Of a stretch of 44,564 nucleotides of DNA, positions 17,138 to 25,731 are shown one piece after another. How positions within the stretch are numbered: position 1 is the first letter of the stretch; every line of letters starts with the position of its first letter. Below the pieces are notes generated by a model. The model saw nothing but the letters and a program-made list of their open reading frames with translations. It was not told the DNA's origin and made no database searches. The position numbers and the translations under genes are program-made. Origin of the DNA: an uncultured Chitinophagaceae bacterium (GTDB lineage: Bacteria; Bacteroidota; Bacteroidia; Chitinophagales; LD1); NCBI GenBank assembly GCA_964605875.1, contig CAZSEG010000008.1, positions 1 to 44,564 on the forward strand, given 5' to 3'.

Positions 17138-19297
17138 GTGGAAATTGATTCTTTAGACATTAGCTCCTTTGATTTTTTTAAGAACCCTTATTTTTATTAT
17201 GAAAAATTGAGGGTGCGAAATCCTGATGTTCACTTCCTGAGTAAAAATGGTTGTTATCTTGTAATAGGATTTGGGGCTGCTGCAAAAGTTCTTGGCACTC
17301 CTAAAATTTACAGTTCAAAATTCAATGAAGTTTTTGACAGTGTTTTAATTGGTTCTGACCCTCCCGTTCACACAACAAACCGTAAAATACTCACAGAAGA
17401 ACACGATTTTCTGAAAACGAAGCTGGAAGATTATATCCGAGTCAGAATAGAAGATATTGCTTCTTATGTTTTAAATCAAACAGGCAACAAACAGGTTACA
17501 GATGTGGTGAGAGATTTTGCCTACCCTTTATCTACGCTTATCATTTTTGAAATGCTTGGATTGGATATTTCAAATGATAAAATCATAAAGGAATGGACTT
17601 ACAATGCTGTGCTGAACATCAATATTCATAACATTCACAATTCGGAACACCACTGGCAAATATTCAAACCTGTTGTTGAAGCGTATATTGATAAAAAAGA
17701 AAACAGTTCGGTTTTTCTTAATCAAAAAATTCGCGAGAGGTTTTCCAGAGAGGAGCTAATCAGTGTAACAAAAATATTTTTAACAGGCGGAAACGAAACA
17801 ACTCCGAAACTTATCACTTCCTGTCTTAATTACCTCATCAGGAATAAATCTTTATGGAACTTAGTGAAGACTAACGAAGATGCTTTGGAACAGGTTATCC
17901 ATGAGATACTAAGATTGGAAGCGCCTGTTCAGATTATCAACCGTATAGCCACAGAGGATACATCTCTTGGCGGAGTTCAGATTCCTAAAGGCTCGGTTAT
18001 TTTTGTTTCGCTTGCTGCGGCAAACAGAGACCCCCGTGTTTTCGACTCTCCAAATGATGTAATATTACACAGGGACAAACAGAAAATTCTTTCATTTGGT
18101 TATGGACCTCATCATTGTATAGGAGCTTCTTTAGCTAAAACCGAAACCAAAATAGCTTTGAAAAAATTTATTTCCCATTTTAAAGAACCCCATTTACTTC
18201 CGATTTCACAACAAGACTACATTGAATCCAGCCATGTCAGAGGTTTGAAATATTTATATGTTCAAGATGCTGATTCTGTGAAAAAAGTCAGCAATTACAG
18301 AGAAAAAGCGGTTGATTTATTAGAGGCACAATTAAAAGAATATAATCACTTTCCTACGTTTGAATTTTATCCGGATTTTGAATCCAAAAAACATAAAGGC
18401 TGGCATTATACTTACCCCTCGCCATTTATACATGCCAATGTTATCTGTTCATTGCTTAATACTGAAAATGAACAACTGATAAGTTTGGCAAAAAAAGGAA
18501 AACCGTTTTTACTGGAAACGAAAGAAAGCGGAGATTTATGGAGGTTTTGGAAAACGGATAATTGTCAGCACCCAGTTCCTTTTGATATAGACGATACTGC
18601 AGTCTGTTCTTTTGCCTTAGAGAAAATGGGTCATGCTGTCAAAAACAAAAAAAGACTACTGCGCAATATAAAAGATGACGGAACGATTTTAACATGGTTT
18701 AAATCTCATTTCAAGCTGTCCGATTTTTGCTCTCCGAAATCAATTTACAAAGCGTTTTACGAAAAAAAAGCTATCCGATATACTTACGAAGCAAAAATGT
18801 TTGACTGGCAGGATTCCGAAGCAGGAGTTGCTTCCAGTGCGCTGATGTATTTGAATAATATACCATTGGAGAAATCTGTTGAAAAATGTATTTCACTTTG
18901 GAGAAATAATGATTCAAAGCATAATTTTTATGACAAAAAAATTGTCGTTGCTTATCACATTGCAAGGGCTTACAAGGAAGGGATACAATCTTTCGATGTT
19001 CTTAGGGCTGAAATGGAAGCGTATATCCAAAACAATCTGGATTACTTTGAATTTGCAGAATTATTGTTTGCCTGCCTGACCCTGAAATATCTTAAACTGG
19101 AAGAAGACACTTACAAAAAAACCTACATAAAGATTATCAATTATGCACTTGGCAACCCTGACGATTTATTTTCATATTATCCTTATTTCACATCAAAAGA
19201 CCATGTTTTTTATGCAGGGTCAAGATGCTTAACCGCAGCGATGTTCTTGGAAGTAACAAAAGATTATGACCTCAGTCCGGGCGGTAATGATTTTTAA
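17138..19297 (+). CDS. Fusion protein: cytochrome P450 (N-terminal ~380 aa) plus an alpha/alpha-repeat domain carrying a class II terpene cyclase-type DxDDTA motif (C-terminal ~330 aa)
   Basis: GTG start. P450 motifs 'GGNETTP', 'EILRLEAP' and 'FGYGPHHCIGASLA' (Cys327 at 18116-18118). The C-terminal domain has 'VPFDIDDTAVCSFAL' (DIDDTA at 18584-18601). Compare squalene-hopene cyclase 'DVDDTAVV' and copalyl-diphosphate synthase 'DIDDTAM'. Confidence 0.8.
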   Translation: MEIDSLDISSFDFFKNPYFYYEKLRVRNPDVHFLSKNGCYLVIGFGAAAKVLGTPKIYSSKFNEVFDSVLIGSDPPVHTTNRKILTEEHDFLKTKLEDYIRVRIEDIASYVLNQTGNKQVTDVVRDFAYPLSTLIIFEMLGLDISNDKIIKEWTYNAVLNINIHNIHNSEHHWQIFKPVVEAYIDKKENSSVFLNQKIRERFSREELISVTKIFLTGGNETTPKLITSCLNYLIRNKSLWNLVKTNEDALEQVIHEILRLEAPVQIINRIATEDTSLGGVQIPKGSVIFVSLAAANRDPRVFDSPNDVILHRDKQKILSFGYGPHHCIGASLAKTETKIALKKFISHFKEPHLLPISQQDYIESSHVRGLKYLYVQDADSVKKVSNYREKAVDLLEAQLKEYNHFPTFEFYPDFESKKHKGWHYTYPSPFIHANVICSLLNTENEQLISLAKKGKPFLLETKESGDLWRFWKTDNCQHPVPFDIDDTAVCSFALEKMGHAVKNKKRLLRNIKDDGTILTWFKSHFKLSDFCSPKSIYKAFYEKKAIRYTYEAKMFDWQDSEAGVASSALMYLNNIPLEKSVEKCISLWRNNDSKHNFYDKKIVVAYHIARAYKEGIQSFDVLRAEMEAYIQNNLDYFEFAELLFACLTLKYLKLEEDTYKKTYIKIINYALGNPDDLFSYYPYFTSKDHVFYAGSRCLTAAMFLEVTKDYDLSPGGNDF

Positions 19298-19348
19298 AAA
19301 GTTAAATCCTTATTTTGTTCTCAGGAATTAAACGCACAACGTTTTTGT

Positions 19349-20764
19349 ATGATAAGAAGATTGAAGAATAAAATAAAAAAAATATGGGAAACTCCGGTTT
19401 CAGACGGTGATACAGCCAGCCGTTCTTGGACAGATGAATTTAATAAGCACCGCAACAAAAAAGATATTTTTCGTGTCTGCCATGCCCCGTTCAAATCCAT
19501 CAGATTTGAGCCGAAGGGCATCGTGCGTACCTGTTGCTATAACGTTGAGGTTGTTTTAGGGCGTTATCCGGAAATGTCATTAACTCAAATTTGGAATAGC
19601 GATGAGGCGAATTTGCTAAGGGAAAAAATCAGTAACAATGATTTAAGCATGGGATGCCGCTTGTGCGGGCAGCAGTTAGCAAACAAAGAATACAGCACCG
19701 TTAAACTGTTGCAATATGATAATTTGCCCGACAGTATCAACAATTATCCTGTAATGCTTGATTTTTCATTGCACAATACTTGTAATTTGGAATGTGTGAT
19801 GTGTCACGGAGAGTTTTCTTCTTCTATAAGAAGCAATCGCGAAAAGCTGCCCCCTGTTCCAATGTTGTATGACGATAATTTTGTGCAGCAACTGGAAGAA
19901 TTTATTCCTTATGCACGGCAATTTGTATTTGCAGGTGGCGAGCCGTTTCTAATCAAGGTATATTACGATATTTGGGAACGCATCAATCGCCTGAGTCCCG
20001 AATCAGATATTCACATTGTTACAAATGGTACAATCTTAAATGAACGGGTAAAAACGATACTTGCCGCAGGAAAATATCACATTACCATGTCAATAGATTC
20101 CTTTCAGGAAAAAACCTACGAAACAATAAGGGTAAACGCATCATACAAACGTGTTATGGAAAATATGCAGTTTTTTCAAGAATACTGTAAACAACAAAAT
20201 ACCGAGTTTGCTGTTAATGTTTGCCCGATTAAAGAAAACAGGTTTGAAATTCCGGAAATGGTTGGCTTTTGTAATGCGCACGCAATTAAGTTGTATCTGT
20301 TAAACATCGTGTATCCTGTTGGGGTGTCTTTACACACACTGCCTTTGGCAGAACTGCAAACATTGCATGATAACTATGCTGCGTATCAATTTGAGCAGGA
20401 CACATACATCAGTAAACACAATTTAAAACAGTTTGAAGATTTGCAAAACAGAATTGCGGCACTGATACAAAAGAAAACGACAGATACCCCCGATGCTCAA
20501 TATACAGATGGCGACAAAGTTATGTTTGAGGTATATACCGACTTGCTTACAGAGAAAGCAGACAGGTTTTATCAGGAATCGGGGAGCGATGTTGTTGATG
20601 CCAGACAAAAAATAACAGAGATAGGAATACATTTTAAAGACAGTTACGTTTCTAAAGGAAGATTGAAAGAAATGGAAAGCATCAGTTCCGAAAGAATAGT
20701 TGTAATGTTCAGGACATTGTCTCATGAAGAGTTGAAAGAAGTAATAAAAACCCATATACTTTGA
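19349..20764 (+). CDS. Radical SAM enzyme with an N-terminal SPASM/twitch-like Cys motif
   Basis: 471 aa. CX3CX2C 'CNLECVMC' at 19781-19804. Upstream of it, 'CHAPFKSIRFEPKGIVRTC' fits CX12GX4C (first Cys at 19478-19480), followed by 'IW' and 'GCRLCG'. Confidence 0.82.
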   Translation: MIRRLKNKIKKIWETPVSDGDTASRSWTDEFNKHRNKKDIFRVCHAPFKSIRFEPKGIVRTCCYNVEVVLGRYPEMSLTQIWNSDEANLLREKISNNDLSMGCRLCGQQLANKEYSTVKLLQYDNLPDSINNYPVMLDFSLHNTCNLECVMCHGEFSSSIRSNREKLPPVPMLYDDNFVQQLEEFIPYARQFVFAGGEPFLIKVYYDIWERINRLSPESDIHIVTNGTILNERVKTILAAGKYHITMSIDSFQEKTYETIRVNASYKRVMENMQFFQEYCKQQNTEFAVNVCPIKENRFEIPEMVGFCNAHAIKLYLLNIVYPVGVSLHTLPLAELQTLHDNYAAYQFEQDTYISKHNLKQFEDLQNRIAALIQKKTTDTPDAQYTDGDKVMFEVYTDLLTEKADRFYQESGSDVVDARQKITEIGIHFKDSYVSKGRLKEMESISSERIVVMFRTLSHEELKEVIKTHIL

Positions 20765-23064
20765 AAAGCAGCTTTCATATAAAAGACAAAATTTCCCCTT
20801 GGTGGCAACCTAAGATTGCTTTTATACTATCGCATTGCTATTTGTGCTTTGCCATATTCCAAACAGATATTGTCCGTTCTGTTTTGTTTGTACTTCTGTT
20901 TACAATAAGTGCGTTAGGATTCGGTATGCTGGGGCATATCATTAACGATTGGACAGACGCAGAAACCGACAGAAAAAGCGAAAAAAAAAACATCGCCAAC
21001 GCATTTGGCTTTCGGAAATTACTGTGGGTTACTTCAGGTACATTATTGATTGCATTTTTCCCTTGGTTCTTTTTGGGGTTCGACCACATCATAGCAGCAT
21101 TTCTTATTGCCGAAATCCTGCTTTTTATTTTGTATTCCGTAAAACCGTTCAGGGTAAAGGAAAGAAAATGGGGCGGGGTACTTTTTGATGCCTTATATGC
21201 TTACGCGCTCCCGACTGCGCTGGTTTTTTATTCGGCAACAATATTTTTTGAACAGCCGCTAAACTTGATACTATTGGTGTCTGTGTCATTGTGGGCTTTG
21301 GCTGTGGGAATACAGAATATTATCATTCACCAGATAGAAGATTATGAAAATGATATTAGCTCAAAAACCCAAACATGGGTTGTGCAAACCGGAAGGCAAA
21401 AGGCACGAAAATTAGTACTCGCCTTTATTGTGCCACTCCACCTGTTATTATTTCTGCTGTTTGTATTTTATGTAGAAACACATTATTTACGTTTTTATGC
21501 CTTATTTCCATTATTGTTTCTTGCTTTCAGAATATACAAAACATTTCATTGGAAATCGTATAATTCTTTTCTGCGTTCTCCCGTATCATCAGACCTGCAA
21601 AAAATCAATATTCACTATCATTTTTTTCTTCCTTACTGGCATTTGCTTCTGTTGATTTTTATTGATTTTAAATTTGTCGTTTTGTTGATAACGCATTTCA
21701 TTTTCTTTAATTCCTCATTATTCAGTTGGCTTATTGCTAAATACATATCACCTTTTTTATTTTTTATTTTTTACAAAACACCCGCAGTAATTACAAATTA
21801 CGCTGTTTTTTATTACCGCCTTTTTTTTCTTGGAGAGTCGGCAGAACGTGCAAGACGAGAACATTATGCTTCGTATATCGCTGCAAAAAATGAAAAACAC
21901 AAAAGAAACACTTTGCCTAATATTGCCGTAGCGAACAGCAACAAAAACAAATACACCGAAACCTTTGTCGAAAATCATGTTGATGGTCTTCTTCGCTCAA
22001 ATTTTTATGTACACAGACTTTACGGAGGAAATTTACCATCTGCCGATTACCGGACGGGAATCCTTATTTCCAACAGCAAAGCATATATCAAATATTGCGA
22101 GTGGAAAGAGTTTATTTTCGATTTACCCGAAAATTATTATCAGAAAAAGGCAGTGAAAGATTATTTGGTAAAAAACAATATTACTCTTGCGTTGGCAGAG
22201 TTTGGAACGTGTGGCGTTGAACTATATGAAATTTGCTCCGAAATAAATATACCCTTAATTGTTATTTTTCACGGTTACGATATTCATCACAGTGATATAC
22301 GCGAAAAAAACAGACATCGTTACCTTAAAATGTTTGACTATGCTGCTAAAATTATAGGAGTTTCAAAGGATATAATAAGCAGGTTAAAAGAATTGGGTGC
22401 TGACGATAAAAAACTGATTTATTTACCTTGCACTTTTAATGCCGGTATATTCCAATATTCAGATCATTCAAAATGCGAAAATATTTTTCTTGCCGTAGGA
22501 AGATTTACAGAAACTAAAAGTCCGCACCTGACAATTCTTGCATTTAACGAAGTGTTGAAAGAAATTCCAAATGCACGGCTGAGAATGATTGGAAAAGATG
22601 GCGGAGGCGAATTATTTGAAGCCTGTCATATTCTGGCAAAAGCATTGAGCATAGAAAATAAGATTGATTTTTTGGGTGTTCTTTCGCCTTCCGAAGTTTA
22701 TGAAGAAATGAAAAATGCACGGGTATTTGTGCAACATTCATTGACAACCCCGCTGCATGGAGATAAAGAAGGAACTCCCGTTTCCGTAATAGAAGCAATG
22801 GCTTGCGGGCTGCCGGTAGTTGCTACCCGCCATGCGGGCATTGCAGAGCTAATCCGGTCGGGTGAAAATGGGATTTTGACAGAGGAGTATGATTATTTGA
22901 CAATGGCAAAAGAAATGGTGCGTGTTTGCAAAAACGATGCTTTAGTTTTTTCATTGGGAAAAAATGCTTCGGAAAGTATCCTGACCAATTCTTTAATCAC
23001 TGAAAATTCCAATATCTTAGCCGAGATAATTGAAAAATGCAGACTAAACAGTAAAACTTGCTGA
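20761..23064 (+). CDS. Fusion protein: UbiA-family prenyltransferase (N-terminal, membrane) plus GT4 glycosyltransferase (C-terminal)
   Basis: 767 aa. The TTG start overlaps the previous stop, so the start is uncertain. Asp-rich motifs 'NDWTDAETD' (20944-20970) and 'EDYEND'. About 8 TM helices, then a WcaL-like GT4 with 'GRFTETKSPH' and EX7E 'EGTPVSVIEAMACGLPVVAT' (22768-22794). Confidence 0.8.
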   Translation: MKSSFHIKDKISPWWQPKIAFILSHCYLCFAIFQTDIVRSVLFVLLFTISALGFGMLGHIINDWTDAETDRKSEKKNIANAFGFRKLLWVTSGTLLIAFFPWFFLGFDHIIAAFLIAEILLFILYSVKPFRVKERKWGGVLFDALYAYALPTALVFYSATIFFEQPLNLILLVSVSLWALAVGIQNIIIHQIEDYENDISSKTQTWVVQTGRQKARKLVLAFIVPLHLLLFLLFVFYVETHYLRFYALFPLLFLAFRIYKTFHWKSYNSFLRSPVSSDLQKINIHYHFFLPYWHLLLLIFIDFKFVVLLITHFIFFNSSLFSWLIAKYISPFLFFIFYKTPAVITNYAVFYYRLFFLGESAERARREHYASYIAAKNEKHKRNTLPNIAVANSNKNKYTETFVENHVDGLLRSNFYVHRLYGGNLPSADYRTGILISNSKAYIKYCEWKEFIFDLPENYYQKKAVKDYLVKNNITLALAEFGTCGVELYEICSEINIPLIVIFHGYDIHHSDIREKNRHRYLKMFDYAAKIIGVSKDIISRLKELGADDKKLIYLPCTFNAGIFQYSDHSKCENIFLAVGRFTETKSPHLTILAFNEVLKEIPNARLRMIGKDGGGELFEACHILAKALSIENKIDFLGVLSPSEVYEEMKNARVFVQHSLTTPLHGDKEGTPVSVIEAMACGLPVVATRHAGIAELIRSGENGILTEEYDYLTMAKEMVRVCKNDALVFSLGKNASESILTNSLITENSNILAEIIEKCRLNSKTC

Positions 23065-24851
23065 AAGGATTACACATAAATTTGTTCGCAAAGGCAACTG
23101 TTCCCTGGGTTATATGGACTGTATGCTTTTTTTTGTACTACCATCCGGGAATTGCTGCTCTCTTAGTTTTTATTGAATCGAACGTTGCTTTTTTGTTTAC
23201 GGCAAATTATTCGGAATACAAACAATGGTATCCTAACTGGCATCTTCTTGTATTTTTTGTTTTCCGTATTTTCCCGTTTATACTCATTTTACTGTGCAGC
23301 TTTCTTCTTCTAAAAATTATTCAAAAAAAAGGCAATAAGATTCTTAGCCGTTTAATCCCGTTTTTTGAGCTTAATTTCATGCAGTTGTTGTTTAATGCCG
23401 TTGCATTGTTACTTTTTTGGCTATTTGTGTATTACACGTTTCAGCCCGATTTTACCCGGCAGCTTATTATGGCACGTTGCTTTGTTTTGACACTTTATAT
23501 GCAACTGCTATTAACTGTTGTATTTAATTTTAACCGGGTAAAGAATATACTTAAACAATTTCTTTTTGTGCCTGCATTGCCATATACGCTGTCCATTTTC
23601 AGAATACTTTTTTATGCTTACAGCATTATATTTTATTTAGGCAACAGTGCCCGTTATTTTAAATCTGTTGCGAGCGGAACATTTACGCCAATGCCAATAT
23701 TTGGCGAATTATTTTATGTTTTTTCAACTTCTTTGTTTTTATATCAAGTTGTTTTTTGGCTGTGCATTGCTTCTTTTATAGGCGTAATAATAGGCTATAA
23801 AACTCGCTTGTTCTTAATATTAAGTGCAGTGCTAAGCCTGTTTGTGATAAGTGTTCCCAATATGTTTGGAACAAGCTGGCATCATCATCTTTTTATATGG
23901 GTAACATGGTTTTTAGTATTCAGTCCTTGTTTTGATGTTTATTCCATAGACTCGTATTTAAATAAAAACAAAACAATCCGGTTAAAAGGTGAATATACTT
24001 TCACTATTCGTATTATCTGGCTTCAAATAGGTATTCTGTATTGGTGTTCAGGTGTTGCTAAATTATGGGATTCCGGTTTTGACTGGGCATTGAGCGATTC
24101 TATGATTAACCAGTTTCAATTAGAATGGTTTGAGAACTATAATAAAGTGCCATATATCCGAATAGACAGATACCCGGCTTTAATGAAATTTGGCGGCTTG
24201 GCAGCGATTTGTTTTGAAATGCTGTACTTCTTCTTCCTTTTTAAAAAATATACCAGAAGAATTGCAATTTGGGGAGCATTGCTGATGCACAACCTGCTTG
24301 GATATTTTCTATATATCAGTTTTCTTGCTGCGCTTCAGGCTTTTTATATAGTTTTTATTGACTGGAATAAATATTTTAAGAGCAATAATGTGGCGGAAAT
24401 TCAAGACCGAAATCCTGTAAATAAGTGGAATATTCGTATCGGTATCGGAGTTGTTTTAATGAATCTGTTTTTTGGTATGGCATCTATTAAAACGTATCCT
24501 TTTTCCGGTTATCCTGAATATTCAGAAATTATACCTGACTATACATATCAACTTAAACTTACCGGATATAATGATGATAAAATTGTTTTTACAAATGCCG
24601 ATTTTGAGAAAGAAGGCTTTGACTGGGAAACTTTCAGACGGAGAGAACAAAAAATTGCCAATGTTTTTTTAGGGGGAAATGATTGCGAATCGTATATCAG
24701 GTCGTATTGGAGTTTGATTAACCAACATATTCGCGCATCGAAAGATGTTCGCAATCTTGATGTCAGCCTGCTTAAAGTAAACCTGAACCCGGACAGCCTG
24801 AAAATACTTGACGAGAAATTTATCGGGAGCTATTCGTTTGCTGTAAAATAA
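23058..24851 (+). CDS. HTTM domain (vitamin K-dependent gamma-carboxylase-like) polytopic membrane protein, paralogue 1
   Basis: 597 aa, TTG start. 'LSIFRILFYAY', 'WHHHLFIWVTWFLVFSPCFDVYSID' and 'WLQIGILYWCSGVAKLWDSGFDWA' fit the HTTM pattern. Strongly collinear with ORF 27921-29750. Confidence 0.6.
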   Translation: MLKGLHINLFAKATVPWVIWTVCFFLYYHPGIAALLVFIESNVAFLFTANYSEYKQWYPNWHLLVFFVFRIFPFILILLCSFLLLKIIQKKGNKILSRLIPFFELNFMQLLFNAVALLLFWLFVYYTFQPDFTRQLIMARCFVLTLYMQLLLTVVFNFNRVKNILKQFLFVPALPYTLSIFRILFYAYSIIFYLGNSARYFKSVASGTFTPMPIFGELFYVFSTSLFLYQVVFWLCIASFIGVIIGYKTRLFLILSAVLSLFVISVPNMFGTSWHHHLFIWVTWFLVFSPCFDVYSIDSYLNKNKTIRLKGEYTFTIRIIWLQIGILYWCSGVAKLWDSGFDWALSDSMINQFQLEWFENYNKVPYIRIDRYPALMKFGGLAAICFEMLYFFFLFKKYTRRIAIWGALLMHNLLGYFLYISFLAALQAFYIVFIDWNKYFKSNNVAEIQDRNPVNKWNIRIGIGVVLMNLFFGMASIKTYPFSGYPEYSEIIPDYTYQLKLTGYNDDKIVFTNADFEKEGFDWETFRRREQKIANVFLGGNDCESYIRSYWSLINQHIRASKDVRNLDVSLLKVNLNPDSLKILDEKFIGSYSFAVK

Positions 24852-25662
24852 TACCTATTTTCTTTTGCAATTCAGGTGGGTTTTGCCCCCACAAACTATT
24901 AATCTGAAACAGGAAACCGTAAATAAACTGAGGCGGCATTTTTTTTGTTATCAACTGTTTTTCAAATTGTTTCACGAAATTTAAAGAATCGCAAACTAAA
25001 TTGCTCATACAACTGTAACAATTCTGGAACATATAGTTGTTATTTTTTTTTCTTAAAATGGCATCAATAGCAATAGTATCTATGCAAGCTCCGCCCATAT
25101 TTTGAAGCCAATTGTTTTCGGTTTCTTTTCGTATTGATATTTCCTGATATGCCGTATCTTCCACAATTTGTATGTTTTCCAAATTTTGGTTTTTTAAATC
25201 GTGAAGCAATTCAAAAAAATCTTTAGGCTTATTTAAGCTGTCTGCAATTGTGCAGTTAAAAAAAGCATCTTGTACAATCCATTTTGAAGGGGAATCGGAT
25301 ATTTTTACAAGAGCAACGACATGAGATAAATGAATATTGAACCCGAAATTGTAAGTGCAGGCTTCAATCCCCTGCCGTTCAAGAGATTTTACAAGCAGGG
25401 CTGCCGCTAATCCGCAAGTGGTACGCCCTTTATTTTCATTTATTCTTTTCAGGTATTTATCTGTATCAAAATCTTCAAAAGTATCGTATCTGAAATCATT
25501 TAAAACGGGGTCAATGCTGTCGCCCATAATAATCAGTTGCGCTATGGTTCGCCTCTGGTTTTGACTTATTTCAAATTTCGCCTGCATTTCTTCAGCTCGT
25601 TGCTTACAAGACTGAAACAAAACGAAGCTGCAGCACAGGAAGAAAACAAACTTTAGATTCAT
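24820..25662 (-). CDS. Lipoprotein with a transglutaminase-like Cys-His-Asp core (putative cysteine peptidase/acyltransferase fold)
   Basis: Signal peptide with lipobox-like 'VLFQSC'. 'GRTTCGLAAALLVKSLERQGIEACTYNFG...HVVALVK...WIVQDAFF' matches the C...H...D spacing of transglutaminase-like domains. Confidence 0.5.
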   Translation of the reverse strand: MNLKFVFFLCCSFVLFQSCKQRAEEMQAKFEISQNQRRTIAQLIIMGDSIDPVLNDFRYDTFEDFDTDKYLKRINENKGRTTCGLAAALLVKSLERQGIEACTYNFGFNIHLSHVVALVKISDSPSKWIVQDAFFNCTIADSLNKPKDFFELLHDLKNQNLENIQIVEDTAYQEISIRKETENNWLQNMGGACIDTIAIDAILRKKNNNYMFQNCYSCMSNLVCDSLNFVKQFEKQLITKKMPPQFIYGFLFQINSLWGQNPPELQKKIGIILQQTNSSR

Positions 25663-25708
25663 TAGTAAGGGATTGCAACGAAACTAATAAGATGTTTGAA
25701 TTTTCCTA

Positions 25709-25716
25709 TAAATTTG
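25709..25716 (+). promoter_or_regulatory. Candidate -7 box (TAaaTTTG)
   Basis: Exact TAnnTTTG match, 16 nt upstream of the ATG at 25732, in the 69-bp divergent intergenic region. Confidence 0.35.
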
Positions 25717-25731
25717 AAACCTTAATGTTGT

